NCBI GenBank assembly: GCA_015061985.1
Contig: SUVN01000003.1
Span: 41,024-105,023 of the forward strand
Direction of reading: 5' to 3'
DNA from: Akkermansiaceae bacterium
Lineage (GTDB): Bacteria; Verrucomicrobiota; Verrucomicrobiia; Verrucomicrobiales; Akkermansiaceae
DNA length: 64,000 nt
Program-made: the position numbers and the translations under genes
In this document: piece by piece, positions 18,402 to 27,544 of the stretch
How positions within the stretch are numbered: the stretch's first letter is position 1
How the letters are laid out: each line of letters begins with the position of its first letter
Notes under the pieces: model-generated
What the model was told of the DNA's origin: nothing
What the model saw: only the letters and a program-made list of their open reading frames with translations
Database searches by the model: none

Positions 18402-20630
18402 TCAGCGCAGGTCAATCATATCCTTGACGATATGCAGGCCCTCGCGCAGCACGGGATCCAGATTGGAGGGGTACTCCGGTGTCTCCACGAGTTCCTCCTC
18501 CGGGTCCTCCACTTCGTCCATGAACTCGGTCTTATCCTCCTTGGAAGCAATGGGAAGGGTTGCGGCCTTCACGTCCGAGAGGTTCAGGCGATAGATGACC
18601 ATATTCTTCGCATCCTCTGCCGCCATTTGCTCATAGCGCACCTTGCGTTCCTCATCAATACGCTTCTTGCGGGCAAGGAGAGCCTCATTTTCCTCCTCGC
18701 GAACCTTCTTGTTGAGGGAAACGCTGTTTTTCTTCTGGCGCTCATCTGCGCGAACGGCATCCTCCTGCATGTACTGCAAATCCGGATCCTTTGCCACACG
18801 GGCTGCACTGCGACCCAACAGGGACGGCAGGATGCGGGCAATGCGCGTATTCATCACGTAGCCACCGGCGCGGGGAATCTCATCGTAGGGCAAGGCATAA
18901 TCCTGCTCACCCTCGGAAATACGCAGCCCCGTGGTGGCTGTCGGCAACACGATGTCGCTGGGAACACCGCGCAGCTGGGTGGAAGCACCACCCACACGGT
19001 AGAACTTCTGGGTGGTCACCTTTATCATGCCGCAGCCCTCGCGGGAGGAGAAATAAGGCATGTAGTCCGCCAGCCCTCGCGGCACCTGCACGGTACCCTT
19101 ACCGTACGTGGCTTCATCACCGGCCACAATTGCACGACCATAATCCACCATGGCACCGGCAAAAATCTCAGAGGCAGAGGCGCTCAGCTTGTTGATGAGC
19201 ACCACCAGCTCGCCACGGAATATCGGACGACCGCTCACAGTCAAACGCTCGACGTGGCCGCGGGAGTCCTTCACCTGCACTACGGGACCGGCCCCGGTAA
19301 AGAAGCCTACCATTTTGCGCACCTCATCCAGAGAGCCGCCGCCGTTAAAACGGAGGTCCAGCACGATACCTTCCACGCCCTCCATCATCATGCGGCGCAG
19401 AATACGCTTTACATCGGCCGCACAGTGAACATCCCCATCGTCCAGATCCACGTAGAACGAGGGCAGCGTCAGCACGCCCAGGCAATACTTGCGCGGCTGT
19501 CCATTCGCATCCGGAGCCGTCAGGTGAATCACACGACCGCTGGCCAGTTCCTCCGACATGGGGATTTCATCGCGCACAATGGAAACGATGCGCTCGTTGC
19601 CGCCCTCTGCATCCAGCACGCGAAGCTTCACCTGCTGGCCTTTCTTGCCACGGATGAGGTCTACCACCTTATCGATGCTCAGGAACATGATATCAGTCCA
19701 GTTCTCATCTCCATCCTTGGCCACGGCCACGATGCGGTCACCCAGATGAAGCTGCCCGCACTTGGCGGCAGGTCCGCCCTTCACTATACCTTCAATGACG
19801 GTGGAACCATCATCATCAGACTTGAGGCGTGCACCGATACCCACGATGGAGGCCTTAATCATGTCCTTGAAGCGCTGCTCCTCGCGAGCACCCATGTAAT
19901 CGCTGTGCGGGTCGTACACATGAGCCACAGCATTGAGCAGGTAGGACACCATATCCTCTCGGTCGGCCTCCTGGATATCGTTGCGCATGCGCTTCAGACG
20001 AGCCAGCAGCTTCTCCACAATGGGCTTCTCCTTGGCGTTGGGATCGGGTTTCCCCTTTTCTGCCGCCAGCTTGGCCACATTTTCGCGACGGATAACCTCA
20101 GAAAGCAGCATATCCTCCACCTGATCACGCCACACCTGCTCCAGCTCGGCAGCATTGGCCGAGCGCGGCAGCTTGCGCCGTGTGCGAGCCGTTGTGCGCT
20201 CCGAATCAAAGGCGGGCAATGCCTTCTCATACTGCCGCAGCAGCTTTTCTGCAAAAGAAATGCGTGCCAGTGCCCGTTCGCTGTAAAAGGAGTACAATTC
20301 TTCTGCCAGACGAGCCGTCTGATTGGCCAGCAGATAATCACCGAAGCTGGTGGCATAGCGCTCACGCAGCTGCTGCACCTCATCCTCACTCAGGAACAAA
20401 TGCTGAGGGTCCTGCGTCTGCACATAGCATTCCAGAAACTTGGCATACTGCTCCTGGCTGAACCGCTCCCGGGAAAAATGTGCATTCTGCAGCACCAGAG
20501 AAAATTGCTTACCTATCAAATCATAGTCAGGCTCAGCCTGAACCGGTGACGGCGCTGCGGCAACGGCCGCGATTGCCAGCGCACCGACAACCCGCACCCC
20601 TCTCATCCATTGTTGAAAACTCTTCTTCAT
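18402..20630 (-). CDS. Carboxy-terminal processing (tail-specific) peptidase, family S41
   Basis: Start taken at MKKSFQQW (ATG at 20630), with a signal peptide. PDZ-like GIGARL...IEGIVKGGPAAKCGQLHLGDRIVAV. S41 core DLRFNGGGSLDEV, NKLSASASEIFAGA, GDEATYGKGTVQ. Confidence 0.9.
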   Translation of the reverse strand: MKKSFQQWMRGVRVVGALAIAAVAAAPSPVQAEPDYDLIGKQFSLVLQNAHFSRERFSQEQYAKFLECYVQTQDPQHLFLSEDEVQQLRERYATSFGDYLLANQTARLAEELYSFYSERALARISFAEKLLRQYEKALPAFDSERTTARTRRKLPRSANAAELEQVWRDQVEDMLLSEVIRRENVAKLAAEKGKPDPNAKEKPIVEKLLARLKRMRNDIQEADREDMVSYLLNAVAHVYDPHSDYMGAREEQRFKDMIKASIVGIGARLKSDDDGSTVIEGIVKGGPAAKCGQLHLGDRIVAVAKDGDENWTDIMFLSIDKVVDLIRGKKGQQVKLRVLDAEGGNERIVSIVRDEIPMSEELASGRVIHLTAPDANGQPRKYCLGVLTLPSFYVDLDDGDVHCAADVKRILRRMMMEGVEGIVLDLRFNGGGSLDEVRKMVGFFTGAGPVVQVKDSRGHVERLTVSGRPIFRGELVVLINKLSASASEIFAGAMVDYGRAIVAGDEATYGKGTVQVPRGLADYMPYFSSREGCGMIKVTTQKFYRVGGASTQLRGVPSDIVLPTATTGLRISEGEQDYALPYDEIPRAGGYVMNTRIARILPSLLGRSAARVAKDPDLQYMQEDAVRADERQKKNSVSLNKKVREEENEALLARKKRIDEERKVRYEQMAAEDAKNMVIYRLNLSDVKAATLPIASKEDKTEFMDEVEDPEEELVETPEYPSNLDPVLREGLHIVKDMIDLR

Positions 20631-20763
20631 ATCGTTAGATTTCCGGCATCGCACACGCACCTGAGCCAAGCGATGCATATCCTACTTTGACTACGTATCA
20701 GACACCCCGCATCTGTCATCTTATTTGAATCATGACACACGCCACCGGGATTGTCACCCGGAA

Positions 20764-20805
20764 TCAGAAATCACCGGCAACTCCTCAGAGTGCACCGGTG
20801 ATTTC
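20764..20805 (-). terminator. Hairpin downstream of the OrfA-like gene (possible terminator)
   Basis: An 11-bp stem, gaaatcaccgg (20767-20777) / ccggtgatttc (20795-20805). It lies ~25 nt past the stop at 20831. The U-tract is weak. Confidence 0.4.
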
Positions 20806-20830
20806 CGTTCGCCGGCCGGAGCCGCGAAGT

Positions 20831-21244
20831 TTAAGCCTTGCGGGAACCGCGCTTGGCGCGCTTCTTCACCAGCTTGCAGCCCATGGCGGCAGACATGGCA
20901 TTGACACCCTGTTCCAGAGTTGCCAAACGCTCGCTAACTTCCTTGAGCTTGTTCTCAGCCTTGGTGGCACGGGTTCTGGCGCGACGAAGCTCGGACTTTG
21001 CAGCACGTGCATCCTCCTTGACGGCGGCTTTCGGCTCCGAGGACTTGCGTCGCCCGGGAGTGGCGTTCTCAAAGCGCTTGAGAATGGCCTCTTCTGCCTG
21101 CTTCTTCCAGAGAGAAATCAGTGTGGGCACGATATTTTTTTCCGCAGCCACTTTCTGAATGGTATTATCACGACCCTTCTGAAGGATGCGCAATACTATC
21201 TCTGCCTTTTCCTTTGCCGTATATGTTGCGTGTTTCTTAGCCAT
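20831..21244 (-). CDS. Small HTH plus coiled-coil protein resembling IS3-family transposase OrfA (solo, no DDE OrfB nearby)
   Basis: YTAKEKAEIVLRILQKGRDNTIQKVAAEKNIVPTLISLWKKQ fits the OrfA/Transposase_8 HTH pattern, and a basic coiled coil follows. No catalytic transposase ORF or terminal repeats are seen nearby. Confidence 0.45.
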   Translation of the reverse strand: MAKKHATYTAKEKAEIVLRILQKGRDNTIQKVAAEKNIVPTLISLWKKQAEEAILKRFENATPGRRKSSEPKAAVKEDARAAKSELRRARTRATKAENKLKEVSERLATLEQGVNAMSAAMGCKLVKKRAKRGSRKA

Positions 21245-21635
21245 AAAAAAGTTGTTGTTAATCTTCTTTTACTCTTTTTGCTCTCACATTGCAAGCAAGA
21301 AAGATATTTTTCCTCCATTTCTGACTCATTTTATCACATTTTTGTGTCATTTGCTGAAAAACAAGCCATTTATGCACACCAAAATGCATAATTTCATTCC
21401 ACATATTTTCATTAGATGAGAGTATGTTTCTCCAACGATTCTCATTATCTCCCTCCCTTTTCCCGAAAGAAAAAAATCAGCAATCCATCTGACGCAACGA
21501 GACATCCGATTGATTCTATGCATTGATATAAAACAACAAACGTAGAACAAACTCCAACTTATCCGGTCAACAGACAACTCCCTCAACGCAAATCTCGACA
21601 GTCTGTCGCTACAGAGCACTTTTTTTGAAACCGAA

Positions 21636-21667
21636 ACAAAAAAGCCTGTAGTCAAGAGACTACAGGC
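21636..21667 (-). terminator. Rho-independent terminator of the 21695-23020 gene
   Basis: A 10-bp stem, gcctgtagtc (21644-21653) / gactacaggc (21658-21667), with loop aaga. The minus strand continues with a TTTTTT run (plus-strand A-run 21638-21643). Confidence 0.75.
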
Positions 21668-21694
21668 AAAAAGAGAAAAAAGAGTCGAATCCTT

Positions 21695-23020
21695 TTATTT
21701 CTTTCTGATGATGACGCGCCCGTGACTGTTGCCACCATTTTCAATGCGCACATGCAGAGTCACATCATCCCCCTTGGGTATGGTAACGTTGTACACATTG
21801 TCCATGGAATCATCATCTTTCTGCGCCGAACGAGCGCGGGAACTGAGACGGCGCGGTCCTTTCTGCCTGGGGTCAACTTCTTCTTTTTTGGGTAGCTGAA
21901 CCACGCATGTGTGTTCATCACCGCCAATCCTCTTACCGCCCTTGTGAACTTCCACGCCGAGGATGCGCAAATCCGCACCACCGGTCTTGACAAAAGTCAC
22001 CGTGTAGCGCCCCGGGTTACTGATGGGGACACGTCCGATAATCTGCACCAGCCCGCCTCCGGGAGGCAGGCAGAGGGGGCTCCACCCGGTTTCATAGTCA
22101 ATCTGCCCACCCCAGATACGTTCCACCACCACGGAGGAGCGCCCGAAGAGGGAATCAGGCTTGAGTTCTCGCATCTTCCTTGCCAGTTCGCGGATTTTGG
22201 CGCGGTCATCATACTGCCCCTCCTTATGCAGTTTACCAATCATGATAGCATACATGGACTGGCGCTGTTCCGGTTGCCAGAATGGCTGCTCCAGCATCTT
22301 TTCCATATCGGCTATCGTTTCCGCCAATGTCTTTTCGCTGTATGCCTCAGCTTTGGCACTGGGTTCATAGGTGAGGACAGAGGCGGCACCGGTACTGTTC
22401 TGCGGGTCAGCAGCCTTGATCGCCTCCACAATTTTTTCCGGACGGTTCAGTCCCGGAATCAATGCTGCCTCCAGCAGCAATTTGGCTTTCTCCGCACCCT
22501 GCGCAGCATCTGCCCGGGTCATAATCTCATCTCTCTTGTGCTTACCGTCTATGGCACTCTTCACCTTGGCCGCCACTTCTTCCGGGGTACCTCTCTGTAC
22601 GACAGCTCCGTTGATGGTGGCATAGTTGATACCGTTCTTATCAAACAGTAACAACCCCGGATATGATTCCGAACTGAACACATGCGGCAGAGGAAGAGCC
22701 CCCCATTTGATACCCTGATCCATCTTCTGCTCATCATTCGGCAGCTGGTAGAACGGAGCCGGCCACATGGCCGCATCACCGGCCGCTTCTTTCACCGCCG
22801 CAGATTCCATATGCTTTTTGCACACTTGCAAGCCGGTGGGGTCCCAGTTGGCACCATAGGCAAAAACGATGTAACCGTTTTTGCCGGCAGCCTTAGAGCC
22901 TTCTTCGTAATTTTTGACAATCGTGGCAGCAGACAGGGGCTGCACCACCAGCAAGGCAGTCACCGCCAGCATCGATATTGTAATCCTGTTCATCATCTGA
23001 AATATATAGGTGGTATTCAT
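21695..23020 (-). CDS. Exported hypothetical protein (N-terminal thioredoxin-fold-like region possible)
   Basis: Signal peptide (ISMLAVTALLVVQPLSAA). Alternative starts exist at 22996/22993. It begins 3 nt after the upstream gene stop. No catalytic motif recognised. Confidence 0.6.
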   Translation of the reverse strand: MNTTYIFQMMNRITISMLAVTALLVVQPLSAATIVKNYEEGSKAAGKNGYIVFAYGANWDPTGLQVCKKHMESAAVKEAAGDAAMWPAPFYQLPNDEQKMDQGIKWGALPLPHVFSSESYPGLLLFDKNGINYATINGAVVQRGTPEEVAAKVKSAIDGKHKRDEIMTRADAAQGAEKAKLLLEAALIPGLNRPEKIVEAIKAADPQNSTGAASVLTYEPSAKAEAYSEKTLAETIADMEKMLEQPFWQPEQRQSMYAIMIGKLHKEGQYDDRAKIRELARKMRELKPDSLFGRSSVVVERIWGGQIDYETGWSPLCLPPGGGLVQIIGRVPISNPGRYTVTFVKTGGADLRILGVEVHKGGKRIGGDEHTCVVQLPKKEEVDPRQKGPRRLSSRARSAQKDDDSMDNVYNVTIPKGDDVTLHVRIENGGNSHGRVIIRKK

Positions 23021-23023
23021 GAT

Positions 23024-25582
23024 TTATGCGGCCGGACGACCATATACATAGATAGCGTTAATCTGCAGCGGGGTATTGCCGCCCTTGCGCAGCACACGGA
23101 TGAATTTACACTTACTCTCCGAGCTGCCGAAATCGGCGGTACTGATGCTTCCGGTGCATTCACCCAGCGGGCTTCCCACCGTCTGCCAGGAGCCTTCTTT
23201 GCCGCTTTCCGAGACCTGAATCACCATATCCCGGCGGTCTGCAGTCTTATCCTCCGGCCCGATGATAATCACGCCGGATACGAAAGCATCCCTCTGAAGC
23301 ATCACACCCACCCAGGGGTTGGATTCTGCCGCCGTCACGATATTACCGCCGCAGCCTTCCAACACGCCCCAGTGTCCGGCGGGCGTATCAGCCTCTCCGT
23401 AGCTTCCGGCGAACACGAGCCCACCCTGAGACATGACAGCCCCCCGCAGCGGCTGGTGCGGCGGCATTTCTCCGCTGAGCATATCCTTGGCATCAGCCAT
23501 ATCACGCCCCATGGACTGGAACGCATCCAGATTAAACGTGCTTTCTGCCGCCAGCAGCATCTTATTCTGCATCGCGTCACCATCCGGGCCGGAGGGAATG
23601 TGGCTGAAATACGCCGTGAGCTGCTTGATTCTCTCCGTCATCACCCCTTTATGCATCGCGTTGAGCTCATTCATCCAATCCAGCACGCGTGTGGGCAGAA
23701 CCGGCTTGGCTGACACGGCGGAATAGATGGATGCAAAGAGATAACAGGCCCGGTCAGGATCCAGCTTATCCACCTTCTGCTCCTTTTTCTTGTCACCCTC
23801 TCCAATAGTCACCGTGACCTGCGGCTGCACCGCATCCTTCTCCAGAAGCCTCATCTGGCGGTCAGCCATGACGCCCACTTCCCACCGGGCGGGGCCTTCG
23901 TCATACATAGAGCTCCAGAAGAGGTGAATACACTGCTTGATTTCGTCTTTGGAAATAGAGGTTTTCGCCAGATTATCATAGACCTGTCTCTGCAGAAAAT
24001 CTGCGGCAACTTCCGGATAGCGTGTTGCCAGTAATTTGCAGACATCATCGTGCAGCTGCCTCCAGAGCTCTTTGTCAGAGGGATAATTCTCTTTCAGATA
24101 GCGGGAGCAAGCAAACCATGCATCCAGATTCAACGGCTGAGCACTAATGGCATGGAAGTAACATTTCAATGCTTCTTTCTTGCGATTACGCTCCCCATAG
24201 ATGCGCCCCAACGCCAGATAGGTGTAAGAAACATCATTATCCTGTGCATCACTCTCTTCCAGCAGTTCTGTCATCATATGCAGTGTGGTGAAGCGGTAAT
24301 TGCCACGCCACGGTGTCCAGTGCAGCCCGTGTTGCCAGAACACGGAATAGGCCGGAGTCCACTCCCCGTTTACACGCAGAATAAAAGCGCAGTGCCCGGG
24401 CTCACCCATGGTGAATGCAGGAACACCATGCGCCGTTGCTGCATAGGCACCGAAGTGTGACAGCCCACCGCATACGCCGCCCACCTCATAGGTGAATTGG
24501 TGGTGATTGCTGTCAAACAAGCCGTTGTACGGATTGCGGTAATCTGCCCCGTGCACGCTCTGCCCATAGGGATTCCACAGCTTGTAGCCACAGCGCCAGC
24601 AGCACCCGGAAAAACGCTCAATGGGGATACGCACATTGTCCTGCACCCACTCAAAGCTGGCAGGCAGACCGGCAGAGGCATTGCCGAAGCCGTCCGAACA
24701 CTTACTACCGCAGCAGATACGCAACTGCCAGAACGGCAGCGTATCAAACACGACATTCAGCTTCCGCTCCTTCCACTTGCGGATATAGTAATCCGCTCTG
24801 TCCATGGCCTTACCATACTCCCAGCAATCGCGTGCAAACTCCAGTCCGGTTGCGGTGGCAATATCCCGCACCATTCGGTTTTTGTAAAAATCCGGGTGCC
24901 GCTCTGCCACACCCTGCATCACGGCCAGCACACGCCCGGGATTGCTGCAATCCCCACTGAATACGACCTGATACATCCAATCCAGATCTGTCGACAGCGC
25001 CTCCAGGAGTTTCTTACCGTTCTTGTACGCAGCAAATTCTTCCAGCGTCCAGGGTAGGTTCTGATGATCTTCCAGATACGCCAGTTCCTTCTTGATATCC
25101 TCAACCTTTTTTTTCTGAACCTCTCGCTCCTCCTTTGCGCCTTTGGGCAAATCTTCCAGAATACTCTCCTGCACCTGCATGTCCAGGTCACGATTGGTAT
25201 GCTTCCCGGCAGCAGCCCTTTTAGAGTTTTCTATCGCCTCACTGTGCGTATTGTGAACAGCCTGCCATGCCATCATCCACTGCGCCAGCAACAGACGATT
25301 CGCGGGTTTTTCCACAAACTTCTGCACGTTATCGGGCTCGGGGCTCTTTACTCTTTCCGTAAGCGCAGCCCCCAAACGCTTCAGCGACGCTTCCGGATTC
25401 TTCCAATTTTCTGCCATTTTGCGGTTCACGTAGCCCTCGGCTTCCGAGGCCGCAGCCTTCTTACTGTCGGCAGATTTCTTATCGGTTTCGGGAGTCGGGA
25501 CATCTGCCTGCACTACTGCGGGTAACATGCCGAAAGCTACGGCAAGTCCGGCTACACAGGAAAACGGTTGACCAAGTTTCAT
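23024..25582 (-). CDS. Exported protein with a transglutaminase-like Cys-His core and a C-terminal F5/8 type C (discoidin)-like domain
   Basis: Signal peptide MKLGQPFSCVAGLAVAFGMLPAVVQA. GGVCGGLSHFGAYAATAHGVPAFTMGEPGHCAF matches the transglutaminase-core pattern (G-x-C...G-[IV]-P-A...H). The C-terminal FIRVLRKGGNTPLQINAIYVYG resembles the last strands of a discoidin domain. Confidence 0.5.
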   Translation of the reverse strand: MKLGQPFSCVAGLAVAFGMLPAVVQADVPTPETDKKSADSKKAAASEAEGYVNRKMAENWKNPEASLKRLGAALTERVKSPEPDNVQKFVEKPANRLLLAQWMMAWQAVHNTHSEAIENSKRAAAGKHTNRDLDMQVQESILEDLPKGAKEEREVQKKKVEDIKKELAYLEDHQNLPWTLEEFAAYKNGKKLLEALSTDLDWMYQVVFSGDCSNPGRVLAVMQGVAERHPDFYKNRMVRDIATATGLEFARDCWEYGKAMDRADYYIRKWKERKLNVVFDTLPFWQLRICCGSKCSDGFGNASAGLPASFEWVQDNVRIPIERFSGCCWRCGYKLWNPYGQSVHGADYRNPYNGLFDSNHHQFTYEVGGVCGGLSHFGAYAATAHGVPAFTMGEPGHCAFILRVNGEWTPAYSVFWQHGLHWTPWRGNYRFTTLHMMTELLEESDAQDNDVSYTYLALGRIYGERNRKKEALKCYFHAISAQPLNLDAWFACSRYLKENYPSDKELWRQLHDDVCKLLATRYPEVAADFLQRQVYDNLAKTSISKDEIKQCIHLFWSSMYDEGPARWEVGVMADRQMRLLEKDAVQPQVTVTIGEGDKKKEQKVDKLDPDRACYLFASIYSAVSAKPVLPTRVLDWMNELNAMHKGVMTERIKQLTAYFSHIPSGPDGDAMQNKMLLAAESTFNLDAFQSMGRDMADAKDMLSGEMPPHQPLRGAVMSQGGLVFAGSYGEADTPAGHWGVLEGCGGNIVTAAESNPWVGVMLQRDAFVSGVIIIGPEDKTADRRDMVIQVSESGKEGSWQTVGSPLGECTGSISTADFGSSESKCKFIRVLRKGGNTPLQINAIYVYGRPAA

Positions 25583-25615
25583 GATGATGAATCGTTTTTG
25601 AAATTGTTGATAAAA

Positions 25616-26638
25616 TTAACGGCGACGCGGGGTTCTTCTGCGCTGCGGACTACCCAGCATATCTGCAGAGGTAGATGTCCCCAGCCGTATGCTCTTTTCA
25701 CGATTTTTGCGGATATCACTATTTATCTTGCTGCGCACCGCCACCACGATGATGATGAGCAATACCAGCAAAGCCCCGCCATACATCATCAGGGTGTCTT
25801 CGGTCAGCCCCAGTTGCTCAGCAAATGACTTCTCCTTAACCTTCTTCTTTTTCTTCTTGGCAGTAGAAGCCACCGCCTTCTCCGGCTTCTCCTCAGGCGT
25901 ATCGATGATGGGATCCTCCGGTGTCTCCTCTGCCGGTTCTTCCGCCTTCACCGTATTCACGGCAATGGGCTCAGCATCATCCCCGGAGTCCTCCGCACGC
26001 TTACGGGCAGCCGCTGCCGCCTTCGCCAACTCTGCCTTGTTGGGGGTGAAGAAAATCTTGCTTTCCTCTTCCATGAGCTTGCGACTATCCGTCACCGACT
26101 GAGATGTCGCAAAAGAACTGCCCATGGCATCATCCACCGCCATCTCCCGCAGCAGCAGGCGGCTCTCCTTCGGAGCATTCGGGTATACCGTGATACGGCG
26201 GCACTTCCCATTGGACGCTTCCTCATAGAACGCAAAACCTTTTCCCACCTTCACCGCGCGGGCTCCGGCCACGCCGATTTTTTCTTTTTTATCCTCCGGC
26301 ACCTTTGCCCAGGAGATTTTATTCTTACCGGTCATGGTGGTCAGCAACTTCATACCGACCTCCTCCTCCACCGGTTTGCGGAACTCCATCACCATACTCA
26401 ACAGCTTACCCTTCTTCGGGTCAAAATCCAGCAGCAGGCGGCTGTTCGCATCCGGGTTCCACGCGCGGCGTACGGAACCATCCTCCAGCACACGGTAGGT
26501 ATAGTCTTTTGTCAGGTAGTCGTCCGCATCCTGCCGTGTCATGGTCGGGGACAGCACCTCCAGCTCCAGCGCAGCAGCCGGAAACGCAGTCAACAGGGCT
26601 ACCAGCGGAAATATACAGGAAAATAATCTGGGTAACAT
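25616..26638 (-). CDS. Exported hypothetical protein with a C-terminal TM anchor
   Basis: Signal peptide MLPRLFSCIFPLVALLTAFPAAA. An acidic/Lys-rich linker is followed by a TM segment (GGALLVLLIIIVVAV). First gene of a three-gene minus-strand unit. Confidence 0.6.
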   Translation of the reverse strand: MLPRLFSCIFPLVALLTAFPAAALELEVLSPTMTRQDADDYLTKDYTYRVLEDGSVRRAWNPDANSRLLLDFDPKKGKLLSMVMEFRKPVEEEVGMKLLTTMTGKNKISWAKVPEDKKEKIGVAGARAVKVGKGFAFYEEASNGKCRRITVYPNAPKESRLLLREMAVDDAMGSSFATSQSVTDSRKLMEEESKIFFTPNKAELAKAAAAARKRAEDSGDDAEPIAVNTVKAEEPAEETPEDPIIDTPEEKPEKAVASTAKKKKKKVKEKSFAEQLGLTEDTLMMYGGALLVLLIIIVVAVRSKINSDIRKNREKSIRLGTSTSADMLGSPQRRRTPRRR

Positions 26639-26833
26639 GTTGTCTCTATGCTATCACCTATGATACCTGAACACAAGCATATTTCCCTCAGACGAAATCA
26701 TTTTCCGTTTTTTCTATTTATCCACAGGAATTGCAGAACAAAAGGGCACGCATCCATGCCACTGCCATTACGGAACGTATGCCCCCCGGCATGGAACAGG
26801 CTCACTACATTCTTATAGCAGCTGTGTCGCAGC

Positions 26834-27301
26834 TCAGCGACCGCGGCTGAGGAGTTGCGTGAGCTCGAACTGGAATGCCTGCAACTCTTCCTGCGTGGGC
26901 GTGCCGCTCAGGTCGTTCCATGCAAAGCGTCCCATCTGGTCAATCATCCATGCCCCACGCGTACCGGAGGGGAACTCCACCTTACCGGAAATCAGGGCAC
27001 CGGGGAGCTGCAGGTCATCCAGCGTCACCTTCGGTGCGCCGGGAACCGCTGCTGCATCGGCTGCCGACTTGGGTTCATCCTCGGTCGGTTTCGGGGCAGC
27101 AGGTTTTTCGGGAGCTTTTGCAGGAGCAGATGCGGCGGCTATCTCAATACCATGGTCAAGCAACAGGAAGCGGACATCCATGTAGGTGAGATGTACCCCA
27201 CACTCCGTCACCAGTTTCTTCTGGATGCCGTTGAGGTCGATTCCCTCAGATGCCCAGACGCGCACCTTATCCAATTGTTCTTCCGTTACCTTTGAGCTCA
27301 T
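26834..27301 (-). CDS. Hypothetical protein (155 aa)
   Basis: ORF with start taken at MSSKVTEEQ (ATG 27301). It has an Ala/Pro-rich central linker. No motif recognised. Confidence 0.5.
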   Translation of the reverse strand: MSSKVTEEQLDKVRVWASEGIDLNGIQKKLVTECGVHLTYMDVRFLLLDHGIEIAAASAPAKAPEKPAAPKPTEDEPKSAADAAAVPGAPKVTLDDLQLPGALISGKVEFPSGTRGAWMIDQMGRFAWNDLSGTPTQEELQAFQFELTQLLSRGR

Positions 27302-27544
27302 GCCGCCATCATACCCCCTGCTCTGCTTCCCTGCAAGCGGCAATCGTGGCTTACCCACCTAATTTTTCCGAAATCCACAGGATTAGAAACTTTCTTAATG
27401 TTTGTTTTAACTAACATTAAACACAACAGGGCATACAAGGATTTTCGGCAGACGGAGAACACTTTAGGCTTGAACTTTACAAGTGAAAGGTGTTTAATAT
27501 CCCCGCGCGATAATGGCCGGAGGTGGCCTCGAATATAACCGGTT

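Noticed and set aside
21347-21655. A 102-aa minus-strand ORF and a 77-aa plus-strand ORF (21186-21419) in the AT-rich gap upstream of the OrfA-like gene.
   Set aside because: They have no motifs and odd, Cys/Phe/Ile-rich composition typical of random AT-rich frames. No supporting context. Treated as non-coding pending data.
27395-27420. An 8-bp inverted repeat, ttaatgtt-N10-aacattaa, in the region upstream of nuoD.
   Set aside because: It is short and AT-rich, so it is expected by chance in a 186-nt AT-rich intergenic region. No second copy was seen. It could be an operator, but the evidence is insufficient.
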